Assembly (NCBI GenBank): GCA_965368975.1
Contig: CBDUPA010000001.1
Location: 608,001 to 672,000 of the forward strand
From: an uncultured bacterium
GTDB lineage: Bacteria; Acidobacteriota; Thermoanaerobaculia; Multivoradales; JAHZIX01
Direction of reading: 5' to 3'
Length of the DNA: 64,000 bases
Below the pieces are notes generated by a model that made no database searches, was not told the origin of the DNA, and worked only from the letters and a program-made list of their open reading frames with translations. The first letter of the stretch is position 1, and each line of letters begins with the position of its first letter. This document shows, piece after piece, positions 9,355 through 18,856 of the stretch. A program made the translations under genes and the position numbers.

Positions 9355-9375
9355 TGTGAAATCTGTGTGAAATCT
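9355..9375. promoter_or_regulatory. Direct repeat TGTGAAATCT-g-TGTGAAATCT (11-bp period), candidate OmpR/PhoB-family box
   Basis: Perfect 10-bp AT-rich direct repeat in a divergent intergenic region. Confidence 0.45.
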
Positions 9376-9599
9376 TAGCACGGTGACCCGCATCCGTGGC
9401 TCTATGGGATGTGGTAGATTGCCGGCGTTTCCATGCTCCATGCTGCCGGCCGCTTCACGGAAGCTCCAGCGTGTCGGCAACTCATCTCGTCGCCCGGCCT
9501 GAACCGGTGGCGCACTCCTCAGTGACCTGATTCCCGGCAACCGTAGCTGGGAGCGGATCCGGGGTGTCGTCGACGGGCGATGGTTACGAAAGGGATTTC

Positions 9600-10964
9600 A
9601 TGTTTCGCTCAATTCTGCTTTCTATTGTCCCCGCAGCGTTGCTGCTCTTCGGTCTCGCCTGCGGTGGTGGACAGCCGGCGGATTCGCAAGGCGAGTCCGC
9701 CTCCGCTGAAGATGCCTCCGCTGACGTGTCCCAGGCGACCCCAGCTTCGAACAACCGCTACGACCCGTTCAATTACGCCTTTCCGCGCCCGTCTACAGGG
9801 CCGGATGGCCAGCCTTACACCGGCCCTTTCTTTGATGTACCGGAAGACTGGCCCACGACGCCGCCCGCTGCACCGCAGGGTCCATGGGACAACTACGCTT
9901 CGATCGACACCAGCAACGTCGAAGACTTCATGGTCGACATGCGCAACTATGTCTTCGACGCCCTGTTGCCGGTCGACTGGCGCTATCAAGATCAGCCGGC
10001 GGAAGAGCGTTGGTACTCCGGGCCCTGGATGCCGCGTGAGACCGTGCGCGGCATGTACGATGGCAACAACCAGCCGGCCGGTTCCTACGGTCCGGACCAG
10101 GTCGACTGTGCCGTCAACTACACCCTCGATCTCTACAACCACGTCGGCGGGTATACCTTCGGCGAGGTGTGGGGCAAGGCAGCCAACGTCCACGAGCCCA
10201 ACATCACGGTCACCTCGACGCAGTTCCCCGAGGGCACGGTCGTAGCCAAGCTGGCCATGACCTCGTTGCCCGTCGCGCAGGTGCCGAGTCTGGCCAACGC
10301 GCCCACCTGGTGGATCTATCGCGAGAAAGTCGTAGCCAATGCGGATTGCTCTACGACCAGTAGCGGAGCGCTAGAGTGGATCGAAGTGCGGATCATGCAG
10401 ATGGACGTGATCGTCAAGAACAGCCGCCTGGCGCCCGAAACCGGCTGGGTGTTCGGCACCCTGGCCTACAACCAGGATCCCGATCCGCGCGGCTGGGATG
10501 GCAACCCGGAAACCGAAGCCTGGTACCAGTCTTCCGCCGTCGGCGCCATGTGGGGCAATGACCCCAACGCGCCGAACCCTGGAGACACGCTGACCGAGAC
10601 GGTCATCGGTCCGCATATCAACAGCGTCAACACGGCACTGCTGGGCTACGGTGGTCGCTTGTCCGGTCCCATTGATGGTGGTCAGCCCCAGGCCGGTGCC
10701 ACGCCCGGTTCCTCCTGCATGAGCTGTCACAGTGCTGCCCAGGTCCCCGTGGACTTCGCCCTGCTAGTGCCGGCCGAGCCGATTCAGTCGGGACACACCC
10801 TGATGGACTGGTTCCAGAATCCCGCGGGCAATGTTCCCTTCACCGCGGGCGACATCGCGACGGACTACGACTTCGTCATCGCCGCCGGCGCCGCACATGC
10901 GGCGCAGGGCCAGTTGGGCAAGTCGTTCAGCGAGATGGACACCCTGGTCGGTAGGCACCACTGA
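9600..10964 (+). CDS. Lipoprotein with single c-type heme motif (putative cytochrome c)
   Basis: Lipobox LFGLAC after ATG 9600; CMSCH near the C-terminus; Trp/Gly-rich blocks (GWVFGT, MWGNDP, GRLSGPID). Confidence 0.7.
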   Translation: MFRSILLSIVPAALLLFGLACGGGQPADSQGESASAEDASADVSQATPASNNRYDPFNYAFPRPSTGPDGQPYTGPFFDVPEDWPTTPPAAPQGPWDNYASIDTSNVEDFMVDMRNYVFDALLPVDWRYQDQPAEERWYSGPWMPRETVRGMYDGNNQPAGSYGPDQVDCAVNYTLDLYNHVGGYTFGEVWGKAANVHEPNITVTSTQFPEGTVVAKLAMTSLPVAQVPSLANAPTWWIYREKVVANADCSTTSSGALEWIEVRIMQMDVIVKNSRLAPETGWVFGTLAYNQDPDPRGWDGNPETEAWYQSSAVGAMWGNDPNAPNPGDTLTETVIGPHINSVNTALLGYGGRLSGPIDGGQPQAGATPGSSCMSCHSAAQVPVDFALLVPAEPIQSGHTLMDWFQNPAGNVPFTAGDIATDYDFVIAAGAAHAAQGQLGKSFSEMDTLVGRHH

Positions 10965-11030
10965 TCACCGCTGACCTCTGCCCTCGAGAGATCTAGATCT
11001 CGAGCGAGTTCGAGGCAGTGAGTTCGAGAC

Positions 11031-11062
11031 AGAGCCCAGCCAGGGTCCCTTGGCTGGGCTCT
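11031..11062. terminator. Hairpin between convergent genes (probable terminator)
   Basis: AGAGCCCAGCCA-gggtccct-TGGCTGGGCTCT, perfect 12-bp stem; no clear U-tract. Confidence 0.55.
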
Positions 11063-11076
11063 TGCCGTCTGCGGGT

Positions 11077-12393
11077 TCAGTGCGGGCAGCGCGGGCCTAT
11101 GTCGAGCAAAACGCGCCAACCCGCGGGGGTGTGCGTCCAGGTCGAGACGAAGGATGAGGTCCAAGTGCCGTCAGGCAGGAATACCGGACCGGTCGAGAGC
11201 CCGCGCTGGCCACTGGCTTCGACGGCCACGCGTTCCGGCCGCCAGGTGAACGGCGGTTCCGGACCCTCTCCGCGCAGCGGCGTCCAGCGCTCCAGCACTG
11301 CCTCAGGGCCACGCAGTGGCTGGTCACCGGCCATGAAGACAACCCCTTCGGCGAGGAAGGTCGCGAAGGCCTCCATGTCGCCGCTCGCGAACGCCGCCGC
11401 GAAGGCGGCCTCGGCGTCACGAAGTTCGACTTCCAGGGCGGAGATGCGGTCGGCGGGTAGGGACACCGGGCCTGTTGCGGCACGCTCGACGAGTTCCAGC
11501 AGTTCCTCGATCTGGTCCGCGTCGTCACTGCGTTGTAGGGCACGCAGCGCCGATGTGCGGGCGTCGGTCGAGCTACCGGCCTGCAGCTGGGCAGCCGCCA
11601 GGCGCGCGTGCGTCGTAGCGCTGTCCCAGAACAGCGAAGCGTTGACCTCGGACAGCTTGACGGCTTCGACGACGTCACCGCGCAGCAGCAGCACGCGCGC
11701 CGCGGAGTAGATCTCGGACTCCGAGCTGGCGAGGTGGCGCACCTGCTGCGCCAGGCCATCGGCACTGACGTTCGGGTCGACGAGCAGTCCGTCCTGCAAC
11801 CAGCGTCGCAGTACGGGGTAGGTCGGGTAGCTTGGCTGGTAAGCGTCGCCGTCCTGGTAGCTGCCGCCGTCGAGGATCGCCAGCAGGTCGCGTTCCAGCG
11901 AGCGCACCGGGTGCTCGACCAGCCGCGCCACTTCGTCGCCGCCGTGACTGACCATGACCGTCGGTACTCGGTAGATCTCGAAGCCTTCTTCTTCGCCGTT
12001 TGGCGAGCGCTTGTGCAGCGTGTCCGTGTTGTCGACCGCGATCAGCTCTACGGCCGAGTCCGCGACGCCGAGCGTGTCCAACAACTTGAGCAGCCGCGGT
12101 ACCTCGCGCCGGCTGTCGCCGCACCAGGTGCCGAAGAAGACGGTGAACTCCAACTCGTCGAGCGCCTGCCCGCGCAGCGCCTCGACGACGTCGGCGTCTG
12201 GATGGTAGTGCGTGTAGCCGGAGGTGAACCATTCGGCGAAGGGAGCTTGCTCGAGCTGCGTTTCGGTCACCGAACCGAGCAGTTTCTCGGGTGTCTCAGC
12301 GCCCGCCGGAACGGCGGCGAAGCTGAGCACCAACTGGAGGGCCGCAGCGGCCAGAGCCGTGGCAGCCAGGGGACGTGAAAGCTGGATGATCAT
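11077..12393 (-). CDS. Exported thioredoxin-like (WCGDS) / helical repeat / SnoaL-DUF4440 fusion protein
   Basis: Signal peptide; FFGTWCGDSRREVP and RVPT cis-Pro; TPR-like helices; C-terminal NTF2-like domain (EAAFAAAF...TW....GWRVLLD). Confidence 0.75.
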   Translation of the reverse strand: MIIQLSRPLAATALAAAALQLVLSFAAVPAGAETPEKLLGSVTETQLEQAPFAEWFTSGYTHYHPDADVVEALRGQALDELEFTVFFGTWCGDSRREVPRLLKLLDTLGVADSAVELIAVDNTDTLHKRSPNGEEEGFEIYRVPTVMVSHGGDEVARLVEHPVRSLERDLLAILDGGSYQDGDAYQPSYPTYPVLRRWLQDGLLVDPNVSADGLAQQVRHLASSESEIYSAARVLLLRGDVVEAVKLSEVNASLFWDSATTHARLAAAQLQAGSSTDARTSALRALQRSDDADQIEELLELVERAATGPVSLPADRISALEVELRDAEAAFAAAFASGDMEAFATFLAEGVVFMAGDQPLRGPEAVLERWTPLRGEGPEPPFTWRPERVAVEASGQRGLSTGPVFLPDGTWTSSFVSTWTHTPAGWRVLLDIGPRCPH

Positions 12394-12476
12394 CCACCGA
12401 GTCTACACCGCCTCGCGCCAGCTACAGCTGGCCTGGGGGCTGCTGGAGGCGACCGATTCCTGCTAGGGTTGCGCCA

Positions 12477-13427
12477 ATGCTCGATCTACGGCAAACCATC
12501 CAGCGCGTCCTAGGGTTGCCGCCAGAGATCCAAGACAAGCTCCTGCTCAGCCTGTTGGTCTTCCTGGTACTGTGGCTGCTGCGCCGGATGCTACTGCGGA
12601 TGGTGCGCCGCCGTACCGAGGATGTACGCGTCCATTATCAGTGGCAGAAGATCTCGGGCTATGTCTCGGCCTTGCTTGGCATCCTGCTGCTGGCCCGCAT
12701 CTGGCTGCAGGGTTTCGGTTCGCTGACGACCTTCTTCGGTTTGCTCTCGGCGGGCATCGCGATCGCGCTCAAGGACCTCTTTGTCAACCTGGCCGGCTGG
12801 GTCTTCATCCTCTGGCGCAGTCCCTTCGACGTCGGTGACCGCATCGAGATCGGCGACCATGCCGGCGACGTCATCGACGTGCGCATCTTTGAGTTCAGCC
12901 TGCTCGAGATCGGCAAATGGGTGCACGCCGACCAGAGCACTGGCCGCGTTCTGCACATTCCGAACGGCTGGGTCTTGACCCATTCCCTGGCGAACTTTAC
13001 GCGCGGATTCGAGTTCATCTGGAACGAGATCGAAGTCCTGGTGACCTTCGAGAGCCACTGGCAGCAGGCCAAAGAGATCCTGCTCGACGTCGCGCGCCGC
13101 CATTCCGAGCACCTGAGCGAAGAAGCCGAGAAGCAAGTACGCCGCACCGCCCAGCGCTACTTGATCTTCTATTCCAAGCTGACGCCGATCGTCTATACGA
13201 GCGTCGAGAACAGCGGCGTCCTGCTGACCATCCGCTACCTGTGCGAGGTACGCAAGCGTCGCGGCAGTGCGCAGGCGATCTGGGAAGACATCCTCACCAG
13301 CTTTAGCCAGCACGACGACATCGACTTCGCCTATCCGACCCAGCGCTTCTACGACAATGTCGTCGAGGGCAAGCCGGCAGCCCGCGCGAGGCCCCTGCCG
13401 TCAGGAGCACCGGTGTCTGGAGACTAG
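12477..13427 (+). CDS. mscS: Mechanosensitive channel, MscS family
   Basis: Three TM helices, GIAIALKDLFVNLAG, PFDVGDRIEIG, HIPN, IDFAYP. Confidence 0.88.
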   Translation: MLDLRQTIQRVLGLPPEIQDKLLLSLLVFLVLWLLRRMLLRMVRRRTEDVRVHYQWQKISGYVSALLGILLLARIWLQGFGSLTTFFGLLSAGIAIALKDLFVNLAGWVFILWRSPFDVGDRIEIGDHAGDVIDVRIFEFSLLEIGKWVHADQSTGRVLHIPNGWVLTHSLANFTRGFEFIWNEIEVLVTFESHWQQAKEILLDVARRHSEHLSEEAEKQVRRTAQRYLIFYSKLTPIVYTSVENSGVLLTIRYLCEVRKRRGSAQAIWEDILTSFSQHDDIDFAYPTQRFYDNVVEGKPAARARPLPSGAPVSGD

Positions 13428-13443
13428 CGAGAGAGCTTGTTCG

Positions 13444-15135
13444 CTAGCGACGCGGAACTGGTCTACGACTCCGACCGGCCGAGGTTGACGGAAAGCTCTC
13501 GTCGACGATCGCCTGCATGCGCTCGAGTTCACTGTCACTGAGGCGAGCGAAATGCTGCTTGCGTTTGCGAGCCGACAGGGTGCCGTCGCCCTGGCGGCAG
13601 AGACGGATGAACAGGCTGATCAGCCGGTCCGGCATGTCGGCGACTTCCTGTATTGCGTGCTTGGCCGCGTCAAAGCCAGTGAGGTACTCCAACTCGGCCA
13701 CGAGCTCTTGTTCGATTGCTGTGTCCAACCATGAGATCAACGTTTCTGCCATGTGAGTCAGGTCGGGATGGCGGTAGAGATCGATCGTCGAGCCCTCCAC
13801 CGTCATGCGGCCCTCTCGATCGAAGTGCCAGTCGAGTTGCCGCAGAAGCGGGCGCGAGAAGGTCTCCAGGGTCTCGTCGTAGCGACGGCGCTGGGCCTGA
13901 ATCACCGCGGACACCGGGATCACCACTTCCGGTGGCGTCACGCCACGGCGGGCGAGAACCCAGCGGATCAGCCATCGATGCAAGCGGCCGTTGCCGTCCT
14001 CGAAGGGGTGGAGGAGCACGAACAGGAACGACAGTGCGGAAGCCGCCAGTACCGGCTCGAGTTCGTCGTCGCGGATCAGCAGCTCGCAGACGTCCAGAAA
14101 ACTGGTCATGAGGGCATCGAGATCTGCCGCTTGGGGCCCGACGAAGTGAACGTGTTCCAGGTGGTCGGACCCGGCACCGCGCCTGGCCGATTCGCCCACG
14201 TACACGAGGCTCTGCCGCCAGCCCTTGTCGCGAAAGCGCGGATCGACGGTCTCGTTCTGAAGCTGTACGAGAGTTGCTTTGTCCAGCTTGTCGAGGCCTG
14301 GCGCGCGCTGTAACAGAGCGATGAAGCGATCCTCACGGCTGCGGCTCGGGCGCTCGCTCTCGATGTCGAAGCTGGCCATCGTCTCGCGGCTGTACAGGAA
14401 TGAGAGCGCACGGCGGATGACTCCATCGTCGTAGCGCTGTAGCAGGCGATCGATCCGCCTCCGTAGGTCGCTCGAGATGGGACGCCCCAGCGCTTCGTCA
14501 ATGATCAGAGTCCGCCGGATTGCCGGGGCCAGATCGAGTGTTCCGAGCAGGTTCAAATCGATGCGCCAGCGCTGCATCTTGCGTACCGGCCCGGTGACGA
14601 AGATCAGTGGGTCGAGCAGCGGCACGTAGTTGCCACGGTCCAGATCGGGTAGCGGCAGAGGCTGTCCCGTCAGAGTTTCCCAGAGGAACCAGAGACGGCG
14701 CCGGAAGGCACTGGTCGGCTTGTTGCGAACCTCTTGGACTATTGCTTGGCAGAGATCCTGTTCTCGACAGAGGTCCTGTTCTTGACAGAGATCTTGGCGG
14801 AGAGTCTCGCGAACTGACTGGTGGAACAGAGCCCGGCAGATAGCGATGTCGACGCCCTCGTAGCGCACCGCGAAGAGGAGATGGTCGATGTCACGGTCAC
14901 CAGGTGCACGGCCTTTCGGCAGGAGCTGGAAGCTCTGCCCAACACGCTCCACTTTGCGTGGCCGGGAGCTGTCCTGGAGAAACGTCCAGCGGCAAGAACC
15001 GACGACCTGCAAGCGGTGTTTCAGCACCAGCTGGGCATATCCCACCGGCCTACAGCCGGGTTCCGGCGGCTCGACAGGAGACCGCCAAGCTGGCGAGGAA
15101 GGAGGCTTGCTATCCGGTACGCTGTTCTCTGACAC
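13444..15135 (-). CDS. Fic family protein
   Basis: HPFEDGNGRLHR canonical Fic motif; long N-terminal extension. Confidence 0.9.
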   Translation of the reverse strand: MSENSVPDSKPPSSPAWRSPVEPPEPGCRPVGYAQLVLKHRLQVVGSCRWTFLQDSSRPRKVERVGQSFQLLPKGRAPGDRDIDHLLFAVRYEGVDIAICRALFHQSVRETLRQDLCQEQDLCREQDLCQAIVQEVRNKPTSAFRRRLWFLWETLTGQPLPLPDLDRGNYVPLLDPLIFVTGPVRKMQRWRIDLNLLGTLDLAPAIRRTLIIDEALGRPISSDLRRRIDRLLQRYDDGVIRRALSFLYSRETMASFDIESERPSRSREDRFIALLQRAPGLDKLDKATLVQLQNETVDPRFRDKGWRQSLVYVGESARRGAGSDHLEHVHFVGPQAADLDALMTSFLDVCELLIRDDELEPVLAASALSFLFVLLHPFEDGNGRLHRWLIRWVLARRGVTPPEVVIPVSAVIQAQRRRYDETLETFSRPLLRQLDWHFDREGRMTVEGSTIDLYRHPDLTHMAETLISWLDTAIEQELVAELEYLTGFDAAKHAIQEVADMPDRLISLFIRLCRQGDGTLSARKRKQHFARLSDSELERMQAIVDESFPSTSAGRSRRPVPRR

Positions 15136-15168
15136 GTCTTGGCTCGCTGAACGGTTATCGACGTCTGG

Positions 15169-15197
15169 AATTTATTACCTGGGCCAGATGGCGTCAA
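15169..15197 (-). promoter_or_regulatory. Sigma70-type promoter for the Fic gene
   Basis: TTGACG-17 bp-TAAATT with an AT-rich upstream tract. Confidence 0.5.
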
Positions 15198-15204
15198 ATT
15201 TTTA

Positions 15205-15723
15205 TTATGAAGCCGACTCCCGTGCTCGAAATTCCATGTACGAGATCTCCAGCGTCGGAAACTCGTCCGTGCCTGCGAGCAGATCGGGTTCCCCCTCGGG
15301 GCGCTCGGCGGGCCGGAAGCCGAGGGAGCGATACAGGTTCACCGCCGGTGTGTTCACCGCTAGCACGTTCAGCGATATCACCTTGGCGCCTTGCTCCAGG
15401 GCTCGTTCGAACAAGAAAGTCGTGATGCCGCGGCCGAATCCCTCGCCGCGGTGGTCCGGTGACGAGATCAAGCGTGCCAGGTGCCGCCGACCGTCCGACC
15501 GTGTCATGAGTTGGCCAAAGGCGACCACCGGACCGCCGCTAGCTGCAGCGGCGGTCCGTGTCCAGCAGTCGTGCACGTCGAATCGTAGGATCCCCGGCAG
15601 TGCCTCGACGTCGATGGGATAGCTGAGGCTCAGGCCGCTCCATTGGCGGCACTCCGCCTGGGAGCGGATCCACGAAGCGATGACGGCGAGGTCGTCGAGT
15701 TGGGCGGGGCGGTAGTCAGACAT
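15205..15723 (-). CDS. GNAT family N-acetyltransferase
   Basis: SPDHRGEGFG motif A, NTPAVNLYRSLGF motif B; start ATG 15723. Confidence 0.88.
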   Translation of the reverse strand: MSDYRPAQLDDLAVIASWIRSQAECRQWSGLSLSYPIDVEALPGILRFDVHDCWTRTAAAASGGPVVAFGQLMTRSDGRRHLARLISSPDHRGEGFGRGITTFLFERALEQGAKVISLNVLAVNTPAVNLYRSLGFRPAERPEGEPDLLAGTDEFPTLEISYMEFRARESAS

Positions 15724-15736
15724 GCCCGCGGTTGTA

Positions 15737-16900
15737 TCAGCCCAGTCCCAGCAGTTCCAAGAGTTTGCGCCACCAGGATTTCGACGATGCTTGGCTCGAT
15801 GCTGCCGTACCTCCAGATTCCCGTGCCGGTGCCGGTGAAGAGGCTGAAGCCACCTGCGGTGGAGTTTCGCGTCTGCCATCCGTCACCACGTAGGTGAAGA
15901 CGGGGCCGGCGTTCTTGCCGCTCCCGTCGCCCAGCGGGATCTGCAGCAGCTGCTGGGCGGCCAGGCGCAGCTGGTACATCAGGCCGATCGCGGTGTTGAT
16001 CCTGTCCGGCCTGCCGTTGAACGCTTCGTGCAGAGAGCGCAAGAGGTTGCTGTAGCCCCAACTGAACGTCTCGGCCAGCAACGCGAGCTGGCTTCCTGGG
16101 GGGAAGGTGAGTAACTGCGGATTGTCGACCATCGGGTAGACGCCATCTTCGTCGAAGTCGATCGGCGCACCGGCATACGCGTAGCCGTCGTCGGTCTTGA
16201 TCAGCTTCTTGCCGTAGTAGATCTCGCCGAAGCGGTAGTAGTGGGCGGGCTCGCCAGGAGACTCGAATGGACTGGTACTGGTGCCCTCGCCCTCGATCAC
16301 CACCGTCTCGATGGCGTGGTTGGCGCTCTTGACGTCGACGATCGGGAACAGGCGTTCGTCGTCGAACCAGGTCAGGACCTGGCGCTCGGGACCGACGATG
16401 AAGATGCCGTCGCCGAGCTGGGCAATCTTCTTCTGGATCGCCTGGTAGAACTGGCCGATGGTGGCGAACTCGGGTTCCTCCGCGAGAGCTTCGGTCTTGA
16501 CCGGAATCGGATGCTCGGGTTCTTCGATCTCCATGAAGACGTCCTTCACCAGGTCCTTGGTGAAGGCCTGGATCGGTACCAGGAGGTGCTTGTGGATCCC
16601 CATCGGCAGATGGCCGGGATATTGGGGGACGAACGCCGGGTTGTCGATCTGCGGGCTACCGCCGATCGCCACCAGGATGTTGGCGGCGATGGTCAAGTGC
16701 AGCATTTCCTCGATCACCACCGAGCGAATCAACTCGGAGATCTCGTCATTCTTGCCGGGAATCAGCGAGTACATCGCTGTCAAGTACGGCGGGATGGTGG
16801 CGTGTTCGAGTTCGATGGCATTCTGCAGGAAGTACTTCAGGCCCTCGGCGTCTGTGCAGGCTTCGAGATCCTTGAGGATTTGCGGGTCGATCTTGAGCAT
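15737..16900 (-). CDS. Ferritin-like domain protein (VioB/RebD C-terminal-like)
   Basis: LQNAIELEHATIPPYL, EEMLH, TIGQFY, EGEG, AHYYRF. Confidence 0.85.
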   Translation of the reverse strand: MLKIDPQILKDLEACTDAEGLKYFLQNAIELEHATIPPYLTAMYSLIPGKNDEISELIRSVVIEEMLHLTIAANILVAIGGSPQIDNPAFVPQYPGHLPMGIHKHLLVPIQAFTKDLVKDVFMEIEEPEHPIPVKTEALAEEPEFATIGQFYQAIQKKIAQLGDGIFIVGPERQVLTWFDDERLFPIVDVKSANHAIETVVIEGEGTSTSPFESPGEPAHYYRFGEIYYGKKLIKTDDGYAYAGAPIDFDEDGVYPMVDNPQLLTFPPGSQLALLAETFSWGYSNLLRSLHEAFNGRPDRINTAIGLMYQLRLAAQQLLQIPLGDGSGKNAGPVFTYVVTDGRRETPPQVASASSPAPARESGGTAASSQASSKSWWRKLLELLGLG

Positions 16901-16915
16901 GATGGTCCTTCCCGT

Positions 16916-18856
16916 CTACTGCCCGGAACGGTTTTGGTGGGCGAGCGCCTGGCGCACGAAGTTGAACTTGCTGGCAACATCGGGCGCATCTGCGGACGCC
17001 TCGGCGGCTGCCGATGTCACGCCCTCGGGCTGCGCTGGGGGCGGATCACCGAGGTAGGGCTTGCCGGTCGCCGGGTCGGGTGTGGTCAGCCAGCGAAGGA
17101 TCATCTGGCGCTTGGCGTCAGACAAGTCGCGGGTCACGGGCATCGAGTTCGGATTGCTGATCGGCAGCCGGAAGCTCAGCTCCAGGATCGCCAGGTTCTG
17201 GACTACCTGGTCGTAGTCGGCCAGGTCGAACAGGCTCTTGCTCATGATCGGGTAGAGATTGGCGTACTGCTGCAGGATGGGCTGGATGTCCTGGTACCAG
17301 GTCGGCTGTGCCGGAGCCTCGAAGCGGTTCCAGGCCAGGATGCTCAGGTAGTTGAAGGGATTGGAAGCGTAGCCCTTGGGCTGGTTGTGGAGCTGGTAGG
17401 CGACGCCGTAGAGTTGACCGTCGAGGTAGCCGCGCGGACCCAGCGGCTTGCCCTGGTTGGGGCCATCGGTGGCCGCGCTCAAGGTCAGTGCTCCGTGACC
17501 GTGACGGTCGGTCTGCAAGCTGGCGGCATAGGTCACGATGCCGTCAGGTGTTCCAATGGGTGGCGTCTTGATGTCGGGAAGCTTGGCGCCAGTGCCGTCG
17601 CCCCCCATGAAGCCTTCCGTGCTGCTGGTCTCGACTGTCGCTGCCAGCGGTGCGCCGTAGCGTGTCGCCCACAAGTCGGCGCCGGCGTCCTGACCGGCGT
17701 TGAGCCGGAAGACGAACTGGTCGGCGCGCACGAACACGCCGTCGAGCGTTTCGCGGTTCATCACGGTGAAGCCGCTGCTGTTCTCCTGCAGTATGGCCAG
17801 CGGGTGATCGCCGATGTTGTCGACCACCCAGCTATTGCCGCCGAAGTCGAAGTCAACGACGCCGGCCGTGCGCGGATACCAGTGCTTCTGCCGATATGGA
17901 AGTGCGCCGATCAACGCGACCTCACTGGCATTGATGGTGTCACCCTGCGCGGTATCGGCGTCTTTCAGCACACCGAAGTGCATTTCGCCGAGGTTTTCCA
18001 GGTCACCACTGGAGTCGGTGGTCGGCAGAGCGTTGCCGAAGTCGGCGGTGACGCGGCAGGCACCGTTGTCGACCTGGGCCTGGATGTTGGAGATCTTGTT
18101 GTTGGGCACGAAGGGATAGGAGGCTTTGTCGAGCGTTGCCACGAGCTGCCGGCCGAGTACGAAGCGCTTCGGGCCGGTCGCCGAGGCGGGACCGATGGTG
18201 CCCACGACCCTGCCCGTCGTGTAGTCGGGGGCGCCGGGTGTCCGGTCGTAGCCGAAGACGTTCATGCGGATCGACAGCTGACCGTCGGCACTCGCTTGCT
18301 GCAGGGCGCAGAGCACTGGCGAGTCCGAGATGTCGTGCCACTCTACGTCGATCAGGTGTGATTGGTAGGCCGCGGCGAGGGTTTGATCGAAGGCATGTGT
18401 CGCGTTCTGCTGACGGAGCCACAGATCACAGAAGGGGGCAACCTCGAACTCGCTGCGCACGGCCGTTCTGCCCTTGGCGTCTTGCAGTCGAATGCCCAGA
18501 CCCCAGATCTCGGACACCATCTGCTGCTGCGGATCGAGGTCGACCAGCTTGCCAGCCACGCGGTCGTCGGCGCCGGTCAGCTGCATGCTGAGCACCGGAT
18601 CGTCCCCGGTGCCGCAAGCGCGACCGTTGAGCACGGCACCGGTGATCGCACAGCCGACCATGCGCCAGGCACCGGTGCCGTCGGGGTTCCAGTAGCCGTT
18701 GTACTTGACGATGGTGTCGCCCTTGGTCTGCATGATCTCCTGGAAGCTGGGGCGAAACTTGGCGTCGTCGAAGTGGCGCACATCGTTGTTGATCGTCGAA
18801 GTATCAGCCTGGAAGCGGCCGGCGAAGTGCAGGCGGGTACCGTCCAGATAACTCAT
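16916..18856 (-). CDS. VioB/RebD/StaD N-terminal-like protein
   Basis: MSYL...RLHFAGRFQADTSTINN, WNPDG, KLVDLDP, YANLYPIM, MPVTRDLS blocks match the N-terminal/middle part of VioB-type enzymes. Confidence 0.75.
   Translation of the reverse strand: MSYLDGTRLHFAGRFQADTSTINNDVRHFDDAKFRPSFQEIMQTKGDTIVKYNGYWNPDGTGAWRMVGCAITGAVLNGRACGTGDDPVLSMQLTGADDRVAGKLVDLDPQQQMVSEIWGLGIRLQDAKGRTAVRSEFEVAPFCDLWLRQQNATHAFDQTLAAAYQSHLIDVEWHDISDSPVLCALQQASADGQLSIRMNVFGYDRTPGAPDYTTGRVVGTIGPASATGPKRFVLGRQLVATLDKASYPFVPNNKISNIQAQVDNGACRVTADFGNALPTTDSSGDLENLGEMHFGVLKDADTAQGDTINASEVALIGALPYRQKHWYPRTAGVVDFDFGGNSWVVDNIGDHPLAILQENSSGFTVMNRETLDGVFVRADQFVFRLNAGQDAGADLWATRYGAPLAATVETSSTEGFMGGDGTGAKLPDIKTPPIGTPDGIVTYAASLQTDRHGHGALTLSAATDGPNQGKPLGPRGYLDGQLYGVAYQLHNQPKGYASNPFNYLSILAWNRFEAPAQPTWYQDIQPILQQYANLYPIMSKSLFDLADYDQVVQNLAILELSFRLPISNPNSMPVTRDLSDAKRQMILRWLTTPDPATGKPYLGDPPPAQPEGVTSAAAEASADAPDVASKFNFVRQALAHQNRSGQ

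Noticed and set aside
10983-11030. Palindrome GAGATCTAGATCTC and a short GAGTTCGAG direct repeat
   Set aside because: Lies between convergent gene ends, only two units and no spacers; not a CRISPR or an evident operator.
16241-18361. 706-aa plus-strand ORF and many similar long antisense ORFs (e.g. 970-2133, 4909-6114, 27914-29413, 41166-42605)
   Set aside because: Shadow frames of motif-bearing genes on the opposite strand, expected in high-GC DNA; no family motifs.
15737-18856. Violacein or indolocarbazole cluster
   Set aside because: No vioA/C/D/E or rebO/C/P homologs; the FAD oxidoreductase at 22890 is a widespread unrelated family separated by the islet.
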